Program-made: the position numbers and the translations under genes | The notes under the pieces: generated by a model | Told to the model about the DNA's origin: nothing | What the model saw: the letters and a program-made list of their open reading frames with translations, nothing else | Databases searched by the model: none | Origin: Squalus acanthias | Taxonomy: Eukaryota | Reading direction: 5' to 3' | NCBI GenBank assembly: GCA_030390025.1 | Contig: CM059432.1 | Span: 87,174,001 to 87,238,000, forward strand | DNA: 64,000 nt | Part shown: piece by piece, positions 38,253 through 50,719 of the stretch | Position numbering within the stretch: position 1 is the stretch's first letter | How the letters are laid out: each line of letters starts with the position of its first letter

Positions 38253-40147
38253 CCAGATTTCTGAGGAAATTCACCCACAAATATAAGCCAAGTACATCAC
38301 AAAAATCCAATCAATTCAAATATATATTTAAAAATAGCCAACCACTGTTCAGAAATAATAATAGTAACAATCGTTCAAAGCAGTAATGCTCCAAAATATC
38401 TATCGGAAATAGTCAAAACCTGTGAAGCATGAAAACTAGGACTTGTTACAGCAAAAGCCTCGAGGCTGCAAACTGGCAGAATGAAATCCTCTACAGTGAA
38501 ATTCTGCTATACTTTGTTAAAATAAACCTCAAGTAATATGAGCTACATTGTAATACAACAGATAACAGCCCAAAACAGACTTCTGGAATTTTAACAAATT
38601 ATTAGGACAAAATACCATTGATTTTAAAGTAGTCCAATATCATTGCATTTCAAAATTTAAATACCATTACTGTAGTGAGAAAATGAAACCATGGCAACCC
38701 CTAGTAAGTCTTGGCTGTGTCGCGCACATTTTGAAAACAGGGCTGCTGTTAAAATGATAGAGCTAATTTGCGGCAGTCCTTATAGTATCCAGTATAGGCT
38801 ACAAAGAACAACACACCCTTGATAGCAGAGGTTTTAAATCGAAGGACAGAGCTTTCGCTTTTGCTTCTAATAGGATAAAAGTTGCTATCAGAAATACAGC
38901 TTGTGTATTTTTTTGAAAATTATGGTGGTACTATTAGTTTTCGTTTACAGGCATGATGCTGTCAACCAAGAGTTACCGTCACATCAAAGTACAAGGCAGA
39001 CAGAAGAAGTTCTACTGCTGTCACGTCTGAGGATTAAAAAATATAAGCAACTCATTGACTACGAAAAAAAGACATCTGGATGACTGAGCACATTGGTACA
39101 TTAGGGGTTATCTCACGATGTTGGAATGAAGTCACATTATTGTAGCAGGGTGGAGGGAAGCTTACTTTGCATATGGCCAGAGGGTTACTTGACCTGGAAA
39201 TGCTTGATGCCAACACTGGATGCCAAAGATGTCTGGACGGTGCATTTAACACACTGTCCTTTCATTCTGGATTTAAATTCAGCCCAGATTGATAGGGTGA
39301 AATTTGGCTTAGGTTTGGACAGGACTGGGAACTTAATATTCCTGGATATAACATTTTCAGGACAGATAGGGAGGGGAAATGGAGGTGTGGTGGCATTGTT
39401 AGTAGAGGATTCTGTCACAGTCCTAGAACAAAAGGATGCTCTGGGGTTGGATTAAGACAGAATCCATATAGATAGAGTTAAAGAATAAAAAGGGAAATGG
39501 TACAATTCTCGTTGTGTTTACAGACCAGACCACCAAGCAATGGAGATAGAAGTAGAAATTTGCACAGTTATAAGATAAAAGGAAAAACAACAAGGTGATT
39601 TTAATTATCCCAAGATAGAGTGGAATAAATATTGGCCCTGATTTTACTGTGAGCGGCGAAGGAACGGCTTTCGCTGTTCACCTCGTGTACAGTTGCTCAG
39701 AGACCTTTCACGGGCTTGTCAATGGAGATTTCTGGTTTTCGAGCGAATACTACAGTGCGGATCTGTGAGCAGAGCAAGCAGCAGGGAAGCTCTTCAACCA
39801 ATCAGATTGAAGAATCCTCACTGAGCCACGCAGACTGCAAAACCGGAAGTAAAAAACAGGAAATATAAATTGCATTTGAATCATTGTACAGGAAGCAAAA
39901 TAAAGATCGGGGCATACACATGGATTAAGGGAGAGACATAAAACAGAAAAATTATATAAAAAATTATTTTAATTCAAAAAAAAAATGCAGCATTAATTTT
40001 CTTCTGAGAGAATGAGACAGACTCCACACTTGTAAAATTAACTTTTCAGGGCCAGAGCGATTATTCAGCAGTAAATTATCACTTATGTCGTTAAAAACTC
40101 AGTTGCTCCTGCTTATACAAGCCTTAACGTTTTCATCTGTCTTTAGA

Positions 40148-43040
40148 GCGAGAATAGGGCAGAAATCATTGGTGGGAGTTGTTTATAGGCCCCCAAACAG
40201 TAGTTGTAATGTAGGGCAGAGTATAAATCAGGAAATTAGAGACGTATGTAACAAGGATAATACAGTAATCATGGGGGACTTTAATCTACTTATAGACTGG
40301 GCAAACCAAATTTGCAGTAATAGTGTGGAGGACGAATTTATGGAATGTATACAAGATAGTTTTCTAGATCAGTATGTTGAGGAAACAACTAGGGAACAGG
40401 CTATTTTAGATCTAGTATTATGCAATGAGAAAGGGTTAATTAATAACCTTGCAGTAAAGGGGCCTTTAGGGAAGAGTGACCATAATATGATAGAATTTTA
40501 TATTAAGTTCGAAAGTGATTTAGTTAAATCTGAAACTAGGGTCTTATCCGTAGGTATGAGGGGCAAGTTGGCTAAGGTAGATTGGGAAACTACATTAAAA
40601 GGTATGAGGACAGACAAGCAATGGCTAGCATTTAAAGAATTAATACATAATTTACAACAAATATACATTCCTTTAAGGCACAAAAACCCCACAGAAAAAG
40701 TGGTCCAACCGTGGCTAACAAGAGAAGTTAAAGATAGTATTAGATCAAAGGAAGAGGCTTATAATGTTGCCAAAAAGAGCAGTAAGCCTGAGGATTGGGA
40801 GAATTTTAGAATTCAGCAAAGGAGGACCAAGAAATTGATAAAGAAAGGGAAAATAGAATATGAGAGTGAACTAGCGAGGGACATAAAAACAGACTGTAAA
40901 AGCTTCTATAGGTATGTAAAAGGAAAAGATTAGCAAAGGTAAATGTGGGTCCCTTACAGGCTGAGACAGGAGAAATTATAATGGGGAATAAGGAAATGGC
41001 AGAGAAATTAAACAAATACTTTGGCCGCGATTTTGCCAGCGCTCAGAGGGCGGGTTCGGAGGCGGGTCAGCTGTTAAATTCGCAATGGTTGACGGCGTGT
41101 TTCCCACCTCCATGTGAGTTTCCAAAGTGTCTGGTCTGCGATCTCAGAACAGACCTGACACCAAGTCGCGGGTGAGGGATTTAAGACACTTAACTCCTTG
41201 TTAAGCGCTTGTTAATTGCGATTTTGCCAGCCTTTTCCTATTTTCCTGCATTTTAAACAGGTTTCACGATGTTCGGATATCACCTCAGGTAAGTAGCAGC
41301 GAGCTGCATAGTTCACAGCTGCAACTGCAGTATAAAAGCTGAACTCTCACATCTGTTCACTTTGAAATGTCAAAGGTTGCTGATTTCAGGATTTGGAAGA
41401 CACACTTGATTTGTCTGGAGGCTGTAAGTGTGTGGTGTTAACTCTATATGCACTGTCGCCTCCTTGGAGCAAGCGCTCTCACCATTGACAGATCGTTTCT
41501 GCCATCTTAACTTCAGCTGCCTTCTGTTCCAGCAACATCGGTGCCCCTGAAAAAATCTCACCTTGGTTCTTTGAATCCCTCCACAATCAGCCCCAACACC
41601 AACATCACCAGGCATACCAACATCACCACCAACCTTCTGCGCAATCACCTGATGCTGCACAGGGCATCAGCACCCGACTACATTGCTGCCCGGGAGGCCA
41701 GTGATGGCATCACCATGACCAGATTTACTTCACTTGACGCTGTACACCCTAGCTGCCACAAGATGCACCAGGTTAACACCACCCCACACCAGCACCATAA
41801 GACATTCCTACAATGACCAAGCCGCTCCTTTCACACTCATCACCATTGCGGGGGATATCGTTATGTCCCACCATTCACTGCAACTCACAAAGACACTTCC
41901 AAAGGTGAACACAGATCTGTACAATAAGGCAAAGTGTTGAAAATAAAGATTTCAATGTTTGACAACACATTAACAAAAAATATACATGAACATTGCATAA
42001 CACACCCAAGTGCCTACCCTTGTCTATTGTTAGTTGGTATGATTGGACTAGGATGAGGGTGAGTGTGAGGGGTGGCTAGTGAGATGGGGAAGTGATAATG
42101 TAGATAGAGAGGGATGGGTGGAGGTGCAAGGTAAGTTGTTGTGAGTAAGGATGTGCAGGAGTAGGGTAGGGAAGGCAGAGTGATGGGGATGTGATGAGAG
42201 GTACAGCTGGATGAGGTTGAGTGTGGCTTTGCAGTAACATTTCGTGATCTACTGAGATCATTGAAAGGTTTGTGCCACTGCAGCCTGGTCCTCCTGATGA
42301 CATCCCTGCTTTTGCGCTCCTGTGCAATGTGCAACCAGGCTGCGTTGATCTCCTGGGAGGTCTCTTCCACCCATGGGAAGGGAAGAGAACCTCCGTGTGT
42401 GCTATGACTTCCTCTATAAGCATATAGAGGGAGTCATGGGAGAGCCTGGGTGCAGCCGTGCACCTTTGTGCAGTGCTCATCAGTGTTTGCAGCTCAATGC
42501 TGCAGAACACTGACAGCACAACTGTCAAAATGAATGTGGCCATGGATGGTCCCTTTAAGGAAACCGGCTGATGACGCATCATCAAATGACGTCGCCAGAC
42601 CCGCTTCCTATTAATTGGCCAGGTACCCCGCAGGACGGGCTTAACAAGCCCAATCTACGGAAAATCCTTTTCACAGAGCGGCTGCAGCCGGGAATGGGAT
42701 CGGAACCCGCCAACCAGCTCTCCCGCCACCATCCCGCCTCCGCTGGGAAAATCCTGCCCTTTGTGTCTGTCTTCATGGAAGAAGACGCAAAAAACCTCTT
42801 GGAAATAGTGGAGAACCAAGGGTCTAGCGAGAATGAGGAACTGAAAGAAATTAGTATTAGTAAAAAAACAGTACTGGAGAAATTAATGGGACTGAAAGCC
42901 GATAAATCCCCTGGACATAATTGTCCATATTCTAGGGTTTTGAAAGAGGTGGCTATAGAGATAGTGGATGCATTGGTTGTCATCTTCCAAAATTCCATAG
43001 TTTTTACAACGGTTCCCGTGGATTGGAAGGTAGCAGGGTA
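40148..43040 (+). mobile_element. Younger CR1 ORF2 fragment (APE endonuclease and linker), split at 41022/42760
   Basis: VGVVYRPPNS, IMGDFN, ILDLVL, LGKSDHNMIEF; LNKYF resumes as VSVFMEED after the insert. Confidence 0.9.
41023..42759 (-). mobile_element. Non-autonomous Harbinger element, 1737 bp, with a Myb/SANT remnant
   Basis: TIR-like ends ggccgcgattttgcc / gggaaaatcctgccc and TSD TTT. Remnant APRLS.DSL..LIEEV...AWLHIAQE....RRTRLQWHKPFNDLSRS. Confidence 0.82.
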
Positions 43041-43402
43041 CCACTGACAGCAACCTCTGGATTTCCTCATTTAACTGCGCATGTGTGGACGCCAGAAATT
43101 GCTGTCAATTTTACCCTGTAATAATGGCAAGCGCTGACAGCCTTGCTGTTATTAGTGCAGCAAAATCTGGGCCATAATGTATGTGACCAAATTGGGGAAT
43201 GCTTTTTAGAATCCATCTAGGGCTGCTTCCTAGATCAATACCTTTCTAGTCCAGCAAGAAAAGAAGCACTGCTTTATTTAGTTCCGAGAAATGAAGCAGG
43301 GCAAATAACTGATGCAAGAGTAGGAGAATGATTGTGAAATAGTGACAACAACATAGTTAGGTTCAAGGTAAGAATAGAAAATGATTGTGAAAAGGCAAAG
43401 TA

Positions 43403-44302
43403 GTGTTGTCACCTGGTGTATCACAGCTCACAAGTGAGCATCAGCAGATTGTGGAGACAGGGACAGCAGTGGAGAGTGCTCGTCGGAGGGCGCAGGGCAC
43501 TCCCAGCTCTGCTCAGCTGCATGTGGACCCTGTGCCTCTGGGTCCATCCAGAAAGAGAGCGGTGCTGGAACTCCAGGGACAAGTGCAGGAGTCTCTGGCA
43601 GGTTTTGTCTCCAGGGTTACTGCGAGTGTGGAGAGGATGGAGGAGTCCAACTCTAACATGAGTGCCTTTGTGGAGGGAATGGCGCATGAACACACCACCA
43701 CAGAAAGGATGGCATCCTCCGTGGAAAGGATGGCTACCTCCACGGAAAGGATGGCTATGGCCATGGAGGAAATAAGTCACCAGCGTCTGGAAAACATGGT
43801 GAATGTTCAGAATAGACTGAAATCTCTGGAGGAGCGATGGGCAGCTATTAAGCAGAGAAACTAGAGCTTCATGGATGTCCTTTTGAGTAGGACTGCCAGT
43901 GCAGAAACGGGTCCTCATGGCCCCCCTGATGTGCAGCAAGGTGCTGTCAAGCCACTTGCTAGCACTGAAGTGGGGTTGACCCATGAGAGGGTTGTTGGTG
44001 GCAGGCAACAAGGAAGTGGGGGCTCCTCTCCAAGCGCTCACACTCCCATGCCACGGAGTAGCCCTCGGTCAGAGCCCCACCAGAGTCCTCACCCAACTGA
44101 GATGGGCGTCTCAGCCCCTGCACAGACGCAGGAGGAGCAGACTGTTGCCGAGCCCTCACAGGCTCGCAACCCCAGAGGACGCCCGCCAAAGGTGTCGAAG
44201 CAGGAGCAGCATGAAAGTGAGCAAGGTGCCTCCACATCTGCTGAAGCCACAGGGGAAGCACCACGTAGAAGCACGCGTAAGAGGAAGATAAAGCACAATT
44301 AG
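43403..44302 (+). pseudogene. C-terminal part of the Harbinger accessory (Myb/SANT-type) ORF
   Basis: Two ORFs in the same frame (43403-43864, 43871-44302) separated by one TAG. Heptad repeats, a Pro/Ser-rich tail and an NLS-like PRRSTRKRK. Identity inferred from its convergent position; no Myb domain is present here. Confidence 0.65.
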
Positions 44303-44567
44303 TCACAAGGGTAGTCACTTGGGTGTTCTGTTGTGTTGTCTTTAATTTTTGCCACTGTCATCCTTTTGTGCATTAATTAAACAGAAGTGATGGCAAACAG
44401 TTGAAGTTCTGGCCTATGTGATCTGGGAAATGGAAGTTGCACATTGAGGGCTCAGGGCGACTTGCATTTGTAATGATGGTGGTCAGAGTGATAGGAAGCC
44501 ACAGGTTCTTGTCCATTGTCTATGGTGTGATAAGAAGGTGCCAGCCACATGTTTTTGATTCGTCTAC

Positions 44568-45787
44568 CTAAGCGAATCTGGCAGAGATTAGTGCTTCCCT
44601 TGCATCCCGGGCAGCAATGTGCTCGCGTGCTGCTGCAGCTGGCTCATCCGCCTCCGTAAGCTCTTCTTCCTCCTCCTCCTCCTCTTCTGAGGAGGCTATG
44701 TGCTGAGCCACTTATTCCTCAGGCAGCTGCAAGCCACGATGCTGTGCGATGTTGTGCAGTGAACAGCAGACCACGATGATTCTGGAGACCCTGGCTGCTG
44801 AGTACTGTAGGGCTCCATCTGATCTGTCAAGGCATCTGAATCGCATCTTCAGCAAGCCGATAGTTTGCTCGATGATGGATCTGGTCGAAATGTGGCTGGC
44901 ATTGTAGCGTTCCTCAGCTTCTTTCGATGGCCTCCTCAACGGCGTCATCAGCCACGTCTTCAGGGAATAGCTCGTCTCCAAGTAGCCATCCGGAAAGTTG
45001 AGTTGGCAGATTCATGGAAGTCCTTTTGAGTAGACTGCCGCAGGATGAACGAGTCATGACAACTGCCAGGGTACTTCGCGCAAACATGCAAAATGTCCTT
45101 CCTGTGGTTACACACCAGCTACACGTTAAGGGAGTGGAAGCCCTTGCGGTTGACAAAAACAGCTGGGCTGTGATGGGGTGTCCCAAGGGCCACATGTGTG
45201 CAGTCTATGACGCCCTGCACCCTTAGCAAGCCTGCCATATTTGCAAAGCCAACTGCACGCGCGGTTACACTTGCTTGATCCGTGGAGAAGTGTATGTAAT
45301 TGTGCGCCTTTGCAAAGAGGGCATCGGTAACCTGCGTGATGCAAGTGTGTGCGGCCGACTGGGAGATGCCGCTGATGACTGCCGATGAGCCCTGGAAGGA
45401 CCCTGAAGCAAAAAAATTGAGGGCGGTGGTGACTTTGACAGCCACTAGTAAGGAGTGTCCACCCACTCCTCTGGGCTCCAGGTGTTGGTGCAGCATTGCG
45501 TAGATGTCAGCGACTACCTCTTGCGAAAGTCTCAGCCTCCTTTGGCACTACTGCTCAGTCATGTTGAGGAAGGTCATCCTCGGCCTGTAAACCCGGTGTT
45601 GCGGGTATCTCCTGCGGCGACGTGCATCCCTGCGCTGACGCCTTCTTCCCTGTGCACCATCAGGTGGCTGAGCAGGAGGTAGGCGCTCCTGTTGTTGCTG
45701 CTGCTGTTGTGCCTGGTTCTGCTGCTGCTGCGGCTGCTCTTCCTCCGAATCTGAGGACCAGGATGACAGGAAATAAATGGTTCCCAT
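44568..45787 (-). pseudogene. Harbinger (HARBI1-type DDE) transposase pseudogene
   Basis: [79 protein letters not shown]. Contains several stops and frameshifts. Confidence 0.93.
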
Positions 45788-48516
45788 GCTGCTGGTAGAT
45801 ATCTCCGTTGAGGAAGCGCTCAGTCAATGTGGGGAGAGGGTTTTCCAGGAGGTCACAGTGGAGATGGATCTCAGCTTCACCACTTCCAAGATCAGTAGAC
45901 CTGCAAAAAGTTTTCCAAGACCTGAAAAAACAAAGTTCTGCCACCTGCATCTGATCCTTGTCCTTGTTGAAAGCTCCGTTTTTATGCTGGAGCTGCAGCG
46001 GTCAAGAAGGCAGCCACTTGTGAACCCGACACAATTAGCTGCCGTGGTTTGGGAACGGCGTGGAACACGCAGAAAAACTGGCAAAATCTAAAAGGGCTGT
46101 CAAAATGGCATTATCCAGGCAGTTAACAAGCAATTAACTGCCTTAAGGGCCTATCCCACCGCTTGGTGGCGGGACCGATCGGGAGTCTGGGAGCCCGCCT
46201 TTGGCAAAGTTGCACGGAGGCGGGATGACGGCGGGATTGGAACCCGCTGTCATTATTTGCAATTTTACCACCTGATCCGCCTCCAAACCTGCTCCGAGTG
46301 CCGGCAAAATCGCCCCCTTAGAATTTATAATTCAAAATAAATTTAGTGATCATTTAGAAATGGATTCATCAAGGCCAGCCAGCATGGATTTGTTAAAGGT
46401 ATGTTAAGTTGGACAAATTTAATAGAAGTTTTTGAAAAAGTAACTAATTGGATAGATAAAGGAAATACAATAGATGTAATGGTTATGGATATTCAGAAGG
46501 CGTTTGATAAGATGTTTCACAAAAGCTTGTTGGCAAGATGAAATGTAGCAGCATGCATATAAGGTTGGTTGATGGACAGGAAACAATGAGTTAGGGTAAA
46601 TGGATGTTGCTGAGATGAGAAGTGGTGTACCCCAGCAGTCAGTGTTGGATGGACAGAGAGACCAACAGGGTTCAATTACATGCTTCATTGAATGGGTAAA
46701 TGCAGATAGCCTACAGTATTTTGGATTTTATAAATAGGGGCATAGAATAAAGAAGTAATGATAAATCTGTACAAAATAATAGTACTCTATCTGTGGACTG
46801 AACCATGTGCAGTTTTAGGTGCCCCAATATAGAAAGGACATTAAAGCCACAGAGAGCGTACAGTGTAGATTCAGCAGGATGATGTCAGGGATAGGAAATT
46901 ATAGGTAGGAGAGACCTGAGATACTGGGACTATTTCCACTGGAGCAGAGAGGGTTAAGAGGAGGTTTTAAAAATGATGTAGGGTTTTGATAGAATGAACA
47001 GGGAAAGACTATTTGCTCTGTTTGAGGACTCAGTAACAAGGGGTCCTCAAATTAAAATTGTCAACAGAAGAATGAGGAATTCTTCACCCAGAGGGTGTTG
47101 CCACAGGGAGTGGTTACATCTTTTAATTGAATAAATATTGAAAGCAGAAGATGATAAAGAGTCATGGGAGAAACCGCGGCAGTGAGACTAGTTTTGGATG
47201 ACTTTGGCATTGAGCTGGCAGACAAGGTCGGCCAAATGGCCTCCTTTTATCCTGCTATGGTTGTCTGTTGGTTCTAAGTGACTTAAACGACATTAGTTTG
47301 GCATTAATCCAGAGCATAAAACTACTCACAATTTAGCAGAAATTAACACTGAAATGACAATCTCACTCAGAAGCTAAAAGGATGGTTAGTGTAGGAAATG
47401 AAAAAAAATCACCCCGTGCAGCAAGAAATTAACCATACAAGATGGAGTGAAGGCAGATTATCGGGACAACACAGAGGGAGTGTCAGTCTAATACTAGGTG
47501 CCAAAAATGAAGTTTTCTGTTTCCCAGCACTAATACTTTATTGCTTTGATGGGCTTAGATGAGTTAATAATACCATTTGGTGTAATTCTCACTAAAGTTA
47601 CTACTTCTAACATGAATCCACAAGGATTCATCATTAATGCAGTTGTACAGTCAGATTTTGACTGCAACAATCTTCTATTAGCCCTCTGTACTGAAAGCAA
47701 CTTTGCCCTCAACAGGTACAGAGTATTTCTGCCCTATGAAGGAAGGCAATGGAATAGAAATCCTTAAGCATATATTCACGGTCATGGGTTTTATTCACAG
47801 AGACAAAACTGACTGAAGGTGGGATGATGAGAAATGTGGTGGATGACATCATTATTTGCATGGCCTACATTGTCTAACTGGTGGACCTTCACTGCGCTCT
47901 TACTGTTGGGGAGGGGAGGAGGGGCGGGAGGCAGAAAAGTTGGTGGGGTAATGCCTGGCTGGAAACTTAGTGGATTATGATCTAATGTTAATTTCTACCC
48001 ACACTTTCCACTCTTGTGCTGATTTTTGGACAAGCTGGGGCTAGAATATTCAGGTCTCTATATATGTTACACATTAAACCAAAACTCTAGAAACTTCTAG
48101 TCAGGTTTGTAATTATTTCTTCAGTTCTTTATTTGAAGTGGTGTTTCATCTATTCTTCAGCCTACAGCTTTTTCAATCACTACATTAAGCATGACTGTGC
48201 ATTCCTTTGATTTTTTTAGAAATGTAATTCTTTTAATTGTCTTCATCTCCTCCTGTCTCCCTCAAATGCCTATTTTCAGTTTATATGCAGCTGAATCTGC
48301 GGCCTCCTCCTGTTTAATGAATCTCCAAACGTAGGGAACTTTCAGTTATGGGAAACAATATCTCATTATAATGGTTTCCACTACAGAAAGGAAAATGTCC
48401 TTGTAGGTTATTAAGCACAATATGGCTCCTTATTCACAAGGTCACAGTTCAAACAATGTTGCACCTTGTGTTGTGCATGCAAATCCGAAGCAGTCTGATA
48501 TTGAGATTCTAATTAT

Positions 48517-49245
48517 GGGCCGTATTTTCCGATCGGAGGCCTCCTGCGTGCGGAGGCCTCCGATCTGGAAAAATCTACGAACTTACCCGAGGGCTCCCGA
48601 GGCGCCTATACTTCCAATCCTGGGCCTCTCCAAACTCCAAGTATCCCAGAGGCGCAGGCAGTTCGCAAGCGTCTCTGGGATCACGTGGGCCATGGGGAGC
48701 CAATAGAAGGGAATCTCCCTTCATACATTTGACAGATAGACCTGTCAAATATAAGAATGGAGATCATCCCAAAAGCATAGTAAAACATTAAATAAATTTT
48801 TTTAAACTATCACCTTTTTAAAATTAGTTGAAATTACAATAAATTAAACATTTTAAACAAAAATTTAATTTTTTGAAAAAATAATTAAAAGTTTTTTACG
48901 GGGCTAAAAATAAACTTACTTTTTTAAAAAGTATTTTTAAATGATAAATGAGTGAAAAAAATTTAAAAAAACTTTTTCAACTCTTATCCAGGTAAAAGTA
49001 GGCCTTACGCCTGCTTTTACCAGGCGTAAAATTTCTAAGGGTTTTCTGCGGGCGGAGGGTCTCCAGAAAGCACAACTCTCTGCCCACGGAGGCCCTCCTC
49101 CAGGGCAGGCGTCTGATCTGTCAAGAACATTCTTGACAGATCGGAAAAGCCGGTTTTCAGCGCATGCGCTGTGCATGCCTGAAACCGGCATTTCCGATGT
49201 CCCTACGGGTGTGTACCCATCCGTAGGGATTGGAATATACGGCCC
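48517..49245. mobile_element. Harbinger-type MITE, 729 bp
   Basis: TIR GGGCCGTAT(T/A)TTCC, flanks TAT/AAT, GC-rich arms around an AT-rich core. Confidence 0.78.
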
Positions 49246-49299
49246 AATGTGTTGTGTCAGTTCATTAAGTTTTTTTTTGTTTAACAAGTCATATATATT

Positions 49300-50719
49300 G
49301 GCCCCGATATTTAGAGGGAGGCAAGGAGGGAGCGGGGTAGCGTGTTTGTGGAGGGAATCCCGGAAAGGCGCGAGGTCCAGCCGAATTTAACGGCAGGACC
49401 TTATCATTTTTTCACTCCATTTCCCGTCCAGCAGACAGACAGTCAGATTGACAGACTGGTTGGTTGCCGGGTGGGAAAGCCAGTGGTAGAAGGCCAGAGC
49501 CGGGGACCGTTGGGGGTCAGTCCCTGGCACCCAGGAAAGATTGGGGGTTGGTGAGGGGGAGTCAGACTGACAATTGGGAGGATGGGGGACAAGCTCGTGA
49601 TCAGTTCCCTATCTCACTAGCCACCCCTCACACTCACCCTCATCCTACTGCAAGCATACCAACTAACAACACACAAGGGTAGGCACTTGAGGTTTAGCCA
49701 ATGTCCATGTGAAGTTTCTGGTAATGTGTTGTCATACAGTGATTTTCAACACTGTCCCTTATTGGACAGATCTGAACGCACCTTGAGAAGTGTCTTACCG
49801 AGTTCCAGTGATGGTTGAGACATAACTTCTCCCCCACCCCCTGCTATAGTGATGAGTGTGCATGGAATGGCTTGGACATTAAAGGGATGCTTCACGGTGC
49901 TGGTGTGGGATGGTGTCAACCTGGCGCATCATGTGGCAGCCAGGGTTTACAGCGTCAAGTGCAGTAAATCTGGCCATGGTGATGCCATCGCTGGCCTCCC
50001 GGGCAGCAATGTTGTAAGGGGCTGATGCCCTGTGTCCAGTGCAGCATCAGGTGATGGCGAAGAAGGTTGGTGATGTTGTTGGTGATGTTGGTGTGCCTGG
50101 TGATGTTGGTGTTGGGGCTGATCGTGGAAGGATTCAGAGGACCAAGGTCTAATTTTTTCAAGGGCACCAATGTTGCTGCAATAGATGGCAGCTGCAGATG
50201 AGATGACAGAAGCGATCTGTCAATGGTGAAAGAGGTTGTTCCAATGAGGTGGCACTGGACATACAGTTGCCTCTAAACACTTGCAAGCTAAAGAAATCTC
50301 TATATGTCTTACAAATGCAGTAAGCAACAGTTTCTGCACTCTGAAACTGACCATCTGCAAAATGACATCCTTTACACCACTTCTGCAGCTGCCAGCTTAT
50401 CAGATACATCAGAGCAGACTGAACTCACGCCAGGTTGAGCTGGCGTGTTCCACGAGCAGCGGGTAACCCATGGGGGAAGCACGTAAAATTGGAAGGAAGC
50501 CTCAAAAAACCATTAAATTGGCTCTTAACAAGCCATTTAACTAGCTCAATTGCCTCCCCCGCCGCCTGGTGTCGGGTCAGTTCTCCGCTGACAGACCCAA
50601 CACCTGGGAGACTCGCGTGAGGCGGGTTGACAGCGGGTTTCCTACCCGGTCAATTTTTGCTATTTTGACAGCGGACCAGCCTCCAAACCCGCCCTCTGAG
50701 CGCCGGCAGAATTCCGACC
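49300..50719. mobile_element. Non-autonomous Harbinger related to 41023-42759, opposite orientation, different left part
   Basis: 49605-50719 is the reverse complement of ~41023-42090, including the terminus ctgagcgccggcagaattccgacc. Confidence 0.75.

Larger units (their letters stand above)
39634..43173. mobile_element. Harbinger-type MITE split by a CR1 (arms 39634-40145 and 43042-43173)
   Basis: TIRs GGCCCTGATTTT / AAAATCTGGGCC; the arms are colinear with 19200-20000. Confidence 0.7.
43403..46317. mobile_element. Formerly autonomous PIF/Harbinger transposon with its left end deleted
   Basis: Convergent accessory ORF (+) and DDE transposase (-); right terminus gccggcaaaatcgccccc followed by TTA. 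Confidence 0.88.
39280..47280 (+). mobile_element. Old CR1 in pieces (39280-39633, 43174-43402, 46318-47280) hosting a nested cluster
   Basis: Endonuclease DFNYPKIEW at ~39600 continues as ECFLESI..FLDQY...SDNNIVRF at 43174 onward. RT and 3' end lie at 46318 onward. Confidence 0.65.

Noticed and set aside
38328..38337. MEF2 consensus TTAAAAATAG
   Set aside because: A single 10-mer in AT-rich DNA is expected by chance without conservation data.
44568..45787. Domesticated HARBI1 host gene
   Set aside because: Multiple stops and frameshifts, an adjacent TIR and a convergent accessory ORF indicate a dead transposon.
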